Below, in pieces: positions 13,106-24,485 of a DNA stretch of 64,000 nt. The stretch is from Mobula hypostoma (taxonomy: Eukaryota). The first letter of the stretch is position 1. Each line of letters starts with the position of its first letter. The position numbers and the translations under genes were made by a program. The notes below the pieces were generated by a model. The model was not told the DNA's origin. It made no database searches and saw only the letters and a list, made by a program, of their open reading frames with translations. The DNA lies in contig NC_086097.1 of assembly GCF_963921235.1 (NCBI RefSeq), forward strand, positions 29,452,001 to 29,516,000. Reading direction: 5' to 3'.

Positions 13106-13775
13106 TGTAACGTTCAGTTATATTGGCTCATATATGTCTAGGGGAAATCCCACCCAGCACCTGCCTCAACGCTTCCCATAGAGTTAGCTGCCGCCCGAAT
13201 CAATCCCAAACATCAATCATCAGCCAGTACACCCAGTACGTTTTATCAAGTACACTTTATAGATATTACTAAGTCTATGACATTAACATAAATTCGATAC
13301 AGAAAAGGAAGTAATGAAAAAAAAGACGCCAAGGCTTATCAAAGTCCAAGTTCTTTGTGCGCAACCGTTGGAGCTCAATCGATTCCTGTTGAACACCCAG
13401 ATCCTGTCGACTCACGGCTCGGGACCACTTGGAGTGATCGACCGGAGCCTTTCCGCACGTCCACCGTCCACCCCGTCTCTCCTCCGACTCCCCGCCAAAA
13501 ACCCCGTCCACCAACCTCTCCATCTCTCCTCCGACTCCCCCCAAAAACCCCGTCCGCCGTCCTCCCCGTCTCTCCTCCGACTCCCCCCAAAAACCCCATC
13601 CCCAGTCATATGAGACAGCATTATCATCCGAAAACAAAACAATACATGAACACCCACTGGCTAATAGCACCCGGCTGTCTGTATTAACCCAAGCAAATGT
13701 CTAGCTAGAGACTTTCTCAGCATTTAACATAACAACATTTTAAATTTAACATACAAAAAAGAAAGACCCCGTACA
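13106..13775 (-). repeat. 3' LTR (670 bp) with GC-rich minisatellite
   Basis: Direct repeat of 16660-17460. Confidence 0.92.
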
Positions 13776-13813
13776 CTCTTCCCCCACCAAATAAAAGTCA
13801 TGCCCTCATGACG

Positions 13814-15577
13814 TTAACAGGGTTCACCAGTGCTCCTTGCAAAACACAAAACCCAACCCAGGTGCATAAAACAGTGACATAACTTTCCAGGGCAATAGAG
13901 ATCACACCCTGTTCTCCCGGCGCTGTGTAAGTCAACCTCTCTGGGAGGGCACCTACTCCTCTGAGACCTCTGTACTTCCTCTGCTGACTCTTCCTGTACA
14001 GACACCCCAGGTGACACCCCGGGCCTACCTGTTGGACCCTCACCCTCATGGGGACCCCTCGGCACCTGTGAGCCCTCTGCCTCGGGTTCTGGTTCCACCC
14101 TCTCCTCCCCCAATTCCGGCTGTAATACAGGCGGCTCTGCAACACCCTCCCTCGGTTCCCCTGACTCAGTGATGGAAGGGCCAGGAGTCTCTTCTCCCGG
14201 CACCAGGGAATCAGCGAACGGAAACAGGTACCACACGTCCGAATCATCATCTTCCAATGACGTATCCCTTTTCGAGGTGGGGACCGGCCCCGTCTCTTTC
14301 GCAGCGGGCTCTTCCCTCACCACGCGCCCTTGCAGAGTCCTTGTACTAGCCGTAAACTCCCATTCGGGCTCTGGGTCTACCTTCACCTCTCGACCCAGAG
14401 GCAACAGGTGGTTCCGATGGAGTACCTTGACAGACCCCTTCCCGTCCTCGGGTCTCACCCGGAAAACAGGGAGATTCGGCAACTGACTCTCCACCATGTA
14501 GGGGGTGGCTGCCCAACGATCCCCCAACTTGTGCTTACCAGGTAGTCCTAAATTCCTGAAAAGGACTCGGTCTCCCGGCAATAGCTGGATGAACTTTACT
14601 TTCTGATGATACCTCTTCTTATTCCGCTGACTCTGCTTGGTGGCTGCCGCCTCAGCCAACTCGTACGCCCTTTTCAACTCTCTCCTCATATCGGACACGT
14701 ACTTCAGATATGGTTTCAAAGGTATTTCACCCGCTTCAGTCCCAAAACACAGATCAATGGGCAACCTCACTTCCCGTCCAAACATCAGATAATAGGACGA
14801 GTACCCTGTAGCGTCATTGCGAGTACAATTGTAACAGTGAACCAAATGGGCGATGTGCTGACTCCACTTACTCTTCTGTCCAATCTCCAAAGTGCCGAGC
14901 ATGTCCAGCAGGGTCCGGTTAAACCTCTCGGGCTGAGGATCACCCTGCGGGTGATAGGGGGTGATTCTAGATTTCTCAACCCCAAGCATACCCAGTAATT
15001 CATGGATAAGCCTGCTCTCAAAGTCCCGTCCCTGATCACTATGGATATGCCGAGGAAGGCCATAATGAACAAAGTACTTCTCCCATAACACCTTCGCCAC
15101 AGTAGTCGCTTTCTGGTCCTTAGTAGGAAAACCCTGCGCATATCTAGTGTAGTGATCCATGATGACCAAGACATTGGCGGTGTTGCTGGTGTCTGGCTCA
15201 ATAGACTGGAAATCCATACACACCAGGTCCAGGGGTCCCGCACTCTGCAAGTGGGATAATGGAGCCGCCTGCGCAGGCAAGGTCTTCCTCCTGACGCAAC
15301 GGCTACAGGTCTGACAGTATTCTTCCACCTCCCCCCTCATCCGGGGCCAGTAAAACCGGACCTTGACTAATCCATAGGTCTTCTCTACCCCTAAGTGCCC
15401 GGAATCATCATGTAGTGCCTGGAGCACAGTCTTCCGATACTTCTCAGGCATGACCAGCTGCCAACGCTGGGGGTGGTCCGGGGGCAACATAACCCAGTAG
15501 AGGACATGGTTTTTCAGCTTCAACCGAGGCCATTCCTTCAGTAGTAGGGGAACGGAGGCATGCTTCGCCTTCTCCAC
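13814..15577 (-). CDS. Gypsy integrase reading frame (HHCC zinc finger, DD35E), no authentic start
   Basis: HDDSGH...CQTC; MDF, SDQG, PERFN with 35-residue D-E spacing; upstream in-frame stop near 15609. Confidence 0.85.
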   Translation of the reverse strand: MEKAKHASVPLLLKEWPRLKLKNHVLYWVMLPPDHPQRWQLVMPEKYRKTVLQALHDDSGHLGVEKTYGLVKVRFYWPRMRGEVEEYCQTCSRCVRRKTLPAQAAPLSHLQSAGPLDLVCMDFQSIEPDTSNTANVLVIMDHYTRYAQGFPTKDQKATTVAKVLWEKYFVHYGLPRHIHSDQGRDFESRLIHELLGMLGVEKSRITPYHPQGDPQPERFNRTLLDMLGTLEIGQKSKWSQHIAHLVHCYNCTRNDATGYSSYYLMFGREVRLPIDLCFGTEAGEIPLKPYLKYVSDMRRELKRAYELAEAAATKQSQRNKKRYHQKVKFIQLLPGDRVLFRNLGLPGKHKLGDRWAATPYMVESQLPNLPVFRVRPEDGKGSVKVLHRNHLLPLGREVKVDPEPEWEFTASTRTLQGRVVREEPAAKETGPVPTSKRDTSLEDDDSDVWYLFPFADSLVPGEETPGPSITESGEPREGVAEPPVLQPELGEERVEPEPEAEGSQVPRGPHEGEGPTGRPGVSPGVSVQEESAEEVQRSQRSRCPPREVDLHSAGRTGCDLYCPGKLCHCFMHLGWVLCFARSTGEPC

Positions 15578-15854
15578 CTGGCCTATATCACCCTGGCTAA
15601 CCGCGTACTAGATACTGCCAATGCTCGGGTCATCAGACTGAGCCGCCCCCACTTCCTGGGGGCTCAACTCCGGCAGCTGCCTGTTCCTCAGAGCAGTCAC
15701 ATTACAGTAAACAGTGGGTAGCACGTCATCGTCAATCCCCAATTGATCCACTGCCCAATCCGTTCCCATCGGGGCTCCTACTTTCCTGTCGCTCCCAACT
15801 TGACATATGACCTTTATTCCCGGGGCAGGGACACTCTTCCACTCCTCAGCCGTG

Positions 15855-16590
15855 CCCCATTTGTTGAAACTCCGCTAAAAGTTGCCAGGGATCTCCTGAC
15901 AGTCCAAACACTCCGACAGGGAAGCCGAAGGGCATTCCGCTCTCAACTCGCGGACTACACTGGCCGCCACGCCCCTTAAACTTTCCACCAATCGCTGTCT
16001 CTTTTCCTCATCTGAAACTGACCACGCCTCTAACAACTGGGACGTATTCTCAATCCATGCCTCATATTCATCCTCCCCTTCCGGGGTGGGCATGACTCCT
16101 GAGAAAATTCTCAGCTTCCGGCGGGGCCCCTCAACCCTTCTCACTAGGGAGGTAATGGCAGCCGCTAACTTGGAGGTCTCACCCCTTACTGGGGGAACGG
16201 GGCCTGGCCCAGCCTTCCCACTCCGCGCCTCCACCCCTGGCTACTGGCACCTCCCCTGGGGTCTCATCTAGCTCCTCCTCCGGCACCTCCTCACTTTCGT
16301 CCTCCGGGAGGGTGTAAAAACCCCACGGCCCCGCCTCCCCCTGGACTTGGACTGTCGCTGGTAGTTCCAACGTCATGACGTCGGCACTTGCCCGAACCAA
16401 CATCCAGCTGGACTCCAGTTCTTTCCCACCCCTTCTAGCTATAAGTTCTACCTGCCCGATACCTTTAATCAAACTCAACCCTCGCACCAGTACATCTGCC
16501 GGAATGTGGAATTTGACCCCACTTAGCATGCACACATGATTCACCGGTACATCCTCTAATTGACACCAACTTACAATCTTATCTCGATCC
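15855..16590 (-). pseudogene. Frameshifted PNMA/Ma-like gag
   Basis: KLRIFSG..EGEDEYEAWIE..WSVSDEEKRQRLVESLRG resembles PNMA-type capsid; split over several frames. Confidence 0.8.
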
Positions 16591-16659
16591 AGCTTCGCAC
16601 TACTTAACGCGACGACTATACAGCTTTACCGAAAATCCAAATCCCAACAAGCCCCCACT

Positions 16660-17460
16660 TGTAACACTCAGTTATATTGGCTCGTATGTGTCTAGGGGAA
16701 ATCCCACCCAGAACCTGCCTCAACACTTCCCACGGAGTCAGCTGCCGCCCGAATCAATCCCAAACATCAATCATCAGCCAGCACACCCAGTACGTTTTAC
16801 CAAGTACACTTTATAGATTTTACTAAGTTTATGACATTAATATAAATTCGATACAGAAAAGGAAGTAATGAAAAAAAAGACGCCAAGACTTATCAAAGTC
16901 CAAGTTCTTCGTTCGCAACCGTTGGAGCTCAATCGATTTCTGACGACCACCCGGATCCTGTCGACTCACGGCTCGGGACCACTCGGAGTGATCGACCGGA
17001 GCCTTTCCGCACGTCCGCCATCCTCCCCGTCTCTCCTCCAACTCCCCCCCAAAAACCCCATCCACCGTCCTCCCCGTCTCCTCCGATTCCCCCTCAAAAG
17101 CCCCGTCCACCGTCTTCCCCGTCTCTCCCCCAACTCCCCCCAAAAAACCCCGCATGTCCGCCATCCTCTCCGTCTCTCCTCCGACTCCCCACCAAAAACC
17201 CCGTCCACCGTCCTCCTCGTCTCTCCTCCGTCCTCCCCGCCAAAAACCCCGTCCCCAGTCATATGAGACAGCATTATCATCTGAAAACAAAACGATACAT
17301 GAACACCCACTGGCTAATAGCACCCAGCTGTCTGTATTAACCCAAGCAAATGTCTAGCTAGAGACTTTCTCAGCATTTTACATAACACCAAGAAGCATTC
17401 CCCAGTATAACATAACAAAGAAGCCATTTTAAATTTAACATACAAAAAAGACCCTGTACA
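16660..17460 (-). repeat. 5' LTR (801 bp) with expanded GC-rich minisatellite
   Basis: Direct repeat of 13106-13775 with more minisatellite units. Confidence 0.92.
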
Positions 17461-18469
17461 TTATATTCCATCAGTCACTCCTTTGCCCATTCTCCCCAAC
17501 TAAAGACCTTCTGCAGACTCCCTGCTTCAACACTATTTGCACCTCCACCTATGTGTGTCATCCAGAGTCACAAAGCCATCAATCCTGTCATCTAAATCAC
17601 TGACATACGTGGAAAAAAAAGCAGTCCCAAAACCAACCTCACAGAACACCACTAGTCACCTGCAGCCAACCAGGAAAGGCTCTCTTTATTCCCACTATGC
17701 CTCCTGCCAATCAGCCAAACTTCTATGCTTGTATCTTTCCAGTAATACCATGGGCTCTTGTCATACGTACTCATGTGTGGCATCTGGTCAAAAGCCTTCT
17801 GAATACCCAAAGAAACAACACCCACCAACTTTCCTTTGTCTATCATGCCTGATATTTCCTCAATGAATTCAGTTTTGTCAGGCAAAAAACCATGAATATA
17901 GAGCATGAATAGTTGGAGACCAAACCTTTTCACCTACAAATCACTTTCCTGAGAAGAACATTTCTACAATGCTTTCTGTCCAATATCTCTATCAATGTCA
18001 GTATATTATCATTAATTCCATCTGCCCCAACAAATTTCTGTGCATGCTCTTACAAAAATTCAAATATACCAGTTCAATTGTTTTTTTCCTTATTTAGTTT
18101 ATTAGCCATATCCTCAAAGAATTGCAGCAGCATTAATCTAACCAAGTGTAGATAACTAAAGAGATTAATCTTGAACATGGGGCAAGGGATAGAGAAGATT
18201 GCATGCTATGGTAGCATAAATTACAAATATGTAAAGGTGAACTTATTTTGGACCTTAAAGTTTTTGTTGGATAATGAACCAAGAGACACAGAGCAAAGGC
18301 AGAAAAATTAAGTTTAAACCTAGATCTGACTTTATATAATCAAATACAGAACATGTGATATTACAGTGCTCTTCACTCAATCCAGGTTTCCTTGTTATGG
18401 ACCCTGTCATCTTGCAAGTACAGGAGGAATAGTATTTATCCCCTGATTATAACTGACCCAGAAACTATT

Positions 18470-18892
18470 ACACCTCCAAAGAGCACCACAACCTTGGAGA
18501 TTCCATGATCTGGAGAGCTATGCTGGCTGGAGCCAGGGCCTTATGCTCTTGGCAGGGCCACCCATTCCAAACAGGTCAAAGGGCAGAGGCCAGACTAAGA
18601 ATTGTCCACTGATCCTCCAGGTTTGGAGGTTCAGCTCAGAGCTAACAACCCCAACTGGCTAAACAAAACTGTTACGGAAACAGCAATGAAGAATCCTTCT
18701 ACATCCATGTGTGATGGTATTCCAGAGTCTCCATGCGGGACTTGCATAACTGACAGCAGTGAAAACTGAGGGGAAGTTACTGGCACTATGAATGAAGCCC
18801 TGGACACTGCCAAGACCAAGACCAAAATTGTTGACAGAGATGGAGGACCTTCATTGCTGCCCTAAATGCCAGTGGAGTAATGTGCAGTAAGA
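18470..18892 (+). mobile_element. Possible non-autonomous RTE-derived retroposon
   Basis: Ends ...ttcattgctgccctaaatgccagtggagtaatgtgcagtaag, reminiscent of RTE 3' ends; recall only. Confidence 0.4.
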
Positions 18893-20954
18893 AATTGAAT
18901 AAGAATTTATTTACAGGAGAGGTCAACTTTGCTGAACCCAATACGCAAAACTGGCTTAAAATTAATAATATTCAAATAAATAACAAATTCTAACATTTAT
19001 CATACTATAATTCTTTCTAATTATAGCCTGTGTCAAACAAATCACAGCATAATTAATGGTACAAAATAATAATTCATTCCCTTCATTTCAATAGTTAAAA
19101 ACTGACAACATCACCGGTTTTCCTTCATATTCATTGCCAGTATAGAATTTGAAATAATGTAACACAAGCACGTCCCATAAGGAGTTTGCCTGGCAAGTTA
19201 TAAACTCTGTGCTTTAATTTTCACAGGCTTCAGCTACACACAAGAATCACATCTTCAACTATCTATGGTCTAAGGTCAACTAAACTAAACTATTAATCAT
19301 TTCTCACTCTCCAAAGATGCTCCCTGACCAGGTTCTGCAGAACTTACTTCAGATTGCTAAAGCTTGCAGTTTCTTTGCTGCTCTTTAATACCAGCACAGG
19401 TGACTTAATTGCTCTATGACACAAATACTGATGGCATAGAGAAACTAGATGCACTGGTTATCTCCAGAACTCCAGACATTCTGGAACTCCCACAATGTAA
19501 CCCCACCATTTATATTTAAAAAATGGGAACTATAAAGCAGTTAGTCTGACAATAGCAGTGTTGAAAAATCATAGAATTCTCATTAAATAATTAGTAACTG
19601 TGCACATATTTCACAAATCTACTGGATTTTAACATGGATAGGGATTGACTAATGATACTTTGTTTTTGAATTTTCAGATGGCTGATAATGTACCACAGGT
19701 AAAGTTCTTAAACAAAACTACATCACATGAGACTGTGGGCAATGTTTTGATGTGAGAATGAGGAAGGAGCAGGGGCTCAGATCTTCACCCAAGCCTTTTG
19801 ACTGTATAAAGCCAGCAGCAATCTGACTAATGAGAAGGGTGAAGAGAGAATGCCAGGGATAGGCCAGATGAATGGACAATGTATGACAGAGTCACATTAA
19901 CAAGGGCACAGCAGATAGTTGGGAAGACAAAATGAAGTCGCTCTTTATTGAATAGAGGATTTGACTACAAGAAACAAAACCGCAATTATAGACGTCTTAA
20001 AAGAGATTGGAGGTGTGGCGTCCTATCTGAAAGGAAGATATACTTGTGATGGGTAGAGTGCAGTGAAAATTTATCGGGATTGATGGGAGTAGAGGATAAA
20101 TTGCTTTGAGAGATTAAACTAATCAGGCTTAAACTCTTATATTTTTATAAAGTTTGAAGGGAAAGATACTTCTCCTAGCTGGGATGCCTGAAACCGGGGC
20201 TAATCTCAAAGTAGGGGCTTAGTCATTCACGATTTAACCAGGAAACATCTTCATTCATTTCTTATGTCAATTTTCACTTTTCTTGTGTGGATGAATAAAT
20301 TCAGCTCAGAAGTCAGGTTCAGAAATGCCTAATGGCCTAGTTTTTGAATGGTATTCTTTTACAATCTAAACCAAATAATGGCCAATGTTAAATCATTTAG
20401 TAACTTCAGTATTCCAATTCCAATCCATTAAAACAATTCAGTTTTAATAGTCTACTTACAGTTTCACAGGTGTCTACATTTGCTCTGTTTGTATAAAATG
20501 TTAGCATCATGAATCTGTATCCTTTACGTAATCACATCATTCTTCAACCTGTAATTCCTGGTTTGATGTAACAAGAGAAAAGGTAAGGAAGAGATGGAAA
20601 GAGCAGATCCTACCTAGCAATATTCTGAAAAGATTTAGCAAATTTAAAATGATAATAAAAATCAAAGTTCAATAATTGTTTTTTCTCTTTAAGTACAGTG
20701 CTTGAAGGATAAGTTTCCTCCCAGCTCACCAGTAAATCTTCAAGTGGTAATATGCACTGATGGGGGGCAAACACCAATGATCCAAAAGTGATTTCAAAAC
20801 AAAGTATTTTTGAATTGAATAATACAGGGTTAGTCATTCCAAGTTACCCAGTTATTTAAGCCTATTGCAGTTAAGTAGGTATTAATTGCTAATCTAGAAC
20901 CATGGACTAATCGCACATCCCTGCCTTTCAGGGATGTACATACAGTATCAATTC

Positions 20955-21192
20955 TGTAGCTTAGCAGTCAGCACATCACTTTACAATGACAATGAACCCG
21001 GTTCATTTCCCTTGGCTGCCTGTAAGGTGTTTGTATGTTCTCCCCCTGAAACTGCATTTGTTTCTTCTGGGTTCTCATTTTCCTCCCATATTCCAAAGAC
21101 ATATGGGTTAGTACGTTAATTAGTCACATGCATGGGTGTAACTGGATGGTGCAGGCATAATAGGCCCTCTGTATCTCTAAATAAAAATAATA
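20955..21192 (+). mobile_element. V-SINE (HE1-like), decayed
   Basis: tRNA-like head with B-box-like ggttcatttccc; V-domain-like ttctcccc...ttcctcccatattccaaagac; A-rich tail. Confidence 0.7.
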
Positions 21193-21364
21193 AATTCTAG
21201 CAATCAAGTAAAAACATAATTACTTTTTATTGTGTTAACTTGGGCATCGGCATGCCAACCAATAGAATTAATCTTTCATTATTAACTTTCTGTAAACATT
21301 TATTAAAATCCATAATCTTTTCCCATGTGAAAGAGACTCAATTTTTAAAGCCTTTCTTAGCAAT

Positions 21365-21955
21365 AACTTTATACTTTATTGTCACCAAACAATTGGTACT
21401 AGAACGTACAATCATCACAGCAATATTTCATTCTGTGCTTCCCACTCCCTGGATTACAAATAGTAAATATTAAAAATAGTAAACAATAGTAAATATTAAA
21501 AATTTAAATTATAAATCATAAATAGAAAATAGAGAAATGGAAAGTAAGGTAGTGCAAAAAAATCGAGAGGCGGGTCCGGATATTTGGAGGGTGCGGGTCC
21601 GGATCCGGGTCAGGATCCGTTCAGCAGTCTAATCACAGTTGGAAAGAAGCTGTTCCCAAATCTGGCCATACAAGTCTTCAAGCTCCTGAGCCTTCTCCCG
21701 GAGGGAAGAGGGACGAAAAGTGTGTTGGCTGTGTGGGTTGTGTCCTTGATTATCCTGGCAGCACTGCTCCAACAGCATGCGGTGTAAAGTGAGTCCAAGG
21801 ACGGAAGATTGGTTTGTGTGATGTGCTGCGCCATGTTCACGATCTTCTGCAGCTTCTTTCGGTCTTGAACAGGACAACTTCCATACCAGGTTGTGATGCA
21901 CCCTAGAAGAATGCTTTCTATGGTGTATCTATAAAAATTAGTGAGGGTTTTAGGG
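21365..21955 (-). mobile_element. L2/Rex-Babar-like LINE 3' end
   Basis: C-terminus LPSGRRLRSLKT..RFGNSFFPTVIRLLN; AATAAAG before tail. Confidence 0.8.
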
Positions 21956-23997
21956 GATATTGTACTTCTCTTGGAATTCTTGCACTTAGGCTAAGAAATC
22001 AATGACTCTAACTCAAGGTTTAGGAAGAAAAGTTTTTTTCCCCTCGGACCCACCAACTATGTACAGAAAAAAAATACACATCAGATATTTCATTTCAGAG
22101 AGTACATTGTCTAGTGTTACACTTACTCAAAGTAACACATCACTACTAAAATTTGATGACACACCTTCAACATTCGCAATACAATTCTCTTCATAATTTT
22201 AAATGACTCCATTGGCGACAGACCCAATCTCAGGACTTTAAATTTTTAATCATAAACTTAAGCTGTTCTATCTAGACAAAATACAGGTTCAGAATTCAAT
22301 GCAATGTTGGGTGATTCAGACATTGCTCCAAAATTTCAGACCAAACATTATTAAAATACTGATGACAAAAAAATTGCAGTTGAAGAGACACATGCTGTCT
22401 TTAGCTATTGACATACCTTGAACATTGATGCTTTGCTGGTTTGAGTCCAAGGTTGAGCTTCTTTGAGCAGAAATAGCCTGAGGAAGAAAAGCACTCAGTT
22501 TATGTAGTGCTCCCACTGACAGGCCGCCTTCTGGATTCCAGATATTGATGGTTGTTCTATAGAACATGTACAACAGGCTTAACAAACTAGTTATCACACT
22601 TGTTTGTTTGGACAAGAGAAGGCTTTAGATGCCACGGTTACGTCAACAAAATCTCAGCTCAGTTCACTGGTAGCAAGCTTGTGTCAGACAGAAAGCTAAG
22701 GGCTCTAAATCCACACCAGGACTCGAGCACTTATTAAATATGACACTTTGGAGTGATGCAAGTTCCTTTCTGCCAAGAAACTGAACTAAGGCTTTACCTA
22801 CTTCATAACATAAGCAGAAGACCACAGGTTATCCAAATTCTCTGTCTGACAATACTGACAAGATATCAGCATTCCAAAACTCAATGCTGCATTGGATGAC
22901 ATAACCAAAATTTTTCCATGCTTGGTCACAGTTAAGTCCTTTTCAATATGCCGACAGTAGGAAAAAATGCTATGTGAAATTAACATTTTGAAAAGCTGAA
23001 GTTAAATGATAACTTTCTGAACCTGTATTACAAGAATCTGATTTACAGTCTAGTGATGCTTTAAACATTCGAGCCTAAAAGAATATAGTACAGATTAACA
23101 GATAATTGAAATAAAGAGTTAATATCACTTTATTCGGAAAATATTAATACTATTGTGTGTTATCTAATGAATAACAGGTTTTAAAGACAAGAACCCATTT
23201 AACTTTTAAACTGCTGTCTGGCACAAAAAAAAATTCCATGTGCCTATAACAAGCAATATAGAAAGTTTTTCAGTCATACACTCAGATAGAAATAAACTAA
23301 CAAAAGCATTTTGTTTAAATGGTTATACTGAAACACCTCCTAGGAATTTACTACTCCTTCTATTTCTACCCTGAATCTTGATTTCAACTTTATTCAAAAT
23401 ATTTGAAATGTTTAAACTTGAAATAGCTCATTAGCCTTTTCTAACATCCCCTCTGATGTTGGCAGTGGAGGGGGTAAATTCTGATTCACATAGTTTAAGC
23501 TATAGACGAATTTGATTTGAGAAAGTCAACCACATCAGCCTCTGGTGCGTTTCCCACACAAACAGTAAACTCACAATGACCCCAAGAGAGCATGACCCCA
23601 CAAGCATATTCATCTTCTTTGTCTTTCAAATCAGCACTGTGTCCAAACAACTGCAAATGAAAAGCACTCAGGAACCAAGCTTCAGAACTGCTTGTTTATC
23701 TAGTAAACAAGTACTACTACTTTCTTTCTGTTCATCCGGACAACATAATAAAAATGTAATTCAACTGGAAAAGAATATCTCCAAATAACGATATAGAGCC
23801 ATAAGCACTACTAAATTGCAATGCTTTAGAAAGAACTTTTTAAAAAAGCAAAACATTGATTATATAGGAAAAGAAGTAGGCTATTCAGACCCAAGCCCAC
23901 CCATAGAGAAAATAAACAGGAAGAAACTGGTTCAAGTGAAAATCAATTAAAAATGCAGATGCTGAAAATCTGAAACAAAAACAGAAAATGCTGGAAA

Positions 23998-24485
23998 TAA
24001 GATATACATAGGAGTGGAAAAGGCCACTTGGCCCATCAAATCTGCTCCACCATGGCTGATTTATTATCACTCTCAAACCCATTCTCCTGCCTTTCCCCAT
24101 AACCTCTGAAGCCTTGGCTAACCAAGAGCTTATTAACCTCTTGTTTATACACTGTAACTCGGCCTTCACAGCCAACTGTGGCAATGAAGTCCACAGATTC
24201 ACCACCCTCTGGCTAAAGAATTTCTTTCTCCTCCATTCTAAATGGATGCCCCTCTATTCTGAGGATGTGCCCTCTAGTCCTAGACTCCCCCACTAAAGGA
24301 AACATCCTCTTCACATTCATTCTGTCTAGGCGTTCCAATATTTGATAGGATTCAATGAAATCACCACTCATTCTTCTAAACACCAGCGAGTCCAGGCTCA
24401 CAGCCAAACACTCCTCATACATTAACCCTTCCATTCCCATAATAATTCTCCTGAACATCTTCTGGACCTATTCCAATGCCACACA
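23998..24485 (-). mobile_element. CR1 LINE 3' fragment
   Basis: MFPLVGESRTRGH.LRI, VNLW.SLP motifs. Confidence 0.8.

Larger units (their letters stand above)
13106..17460 (-). mobile_element. Ty3/Gypsy LTR retrotransposon, internally deleted (PNMA-like gag + integrase; no PR/RT/RH)
   Basis: LTRs 16660-17460 (5') and 13106-13775 (3') with TG...CA ends; degenerate tRNA-Pro-like PBS TGGGGGCTTGTTGGGAT ~16641-16657; PPT GGTGGGGGAAGAG next to 13776; imperfect 4-bp TSD CTAT/TTAT. Confidence 0.93.
12340..17890 (-). mobile_element. Decayed CR1 LINE 3' part, split by the Gypsy element (12340-13105 + 17461-17890)
   Basis: CR1 C-terminal remnants (LDRVDAGRMF; IQKAFD) on both sides; flanks rejoin as ...cctatactat|attccatc. 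Confidence 0.75.

Noticed and set aside
13275..13687. Overlapping Pro/Gly/Arg-rich ORFs here and at 16829-17357
   Set aside because: Artefacts of the stop-poor LTR minisatellite.
20955..21020. tRNA gene-like A/B boxes (also ~34210-34270, ~46625-46680)
   Set aside because: Decayed SINE heads; no cloverleaf.
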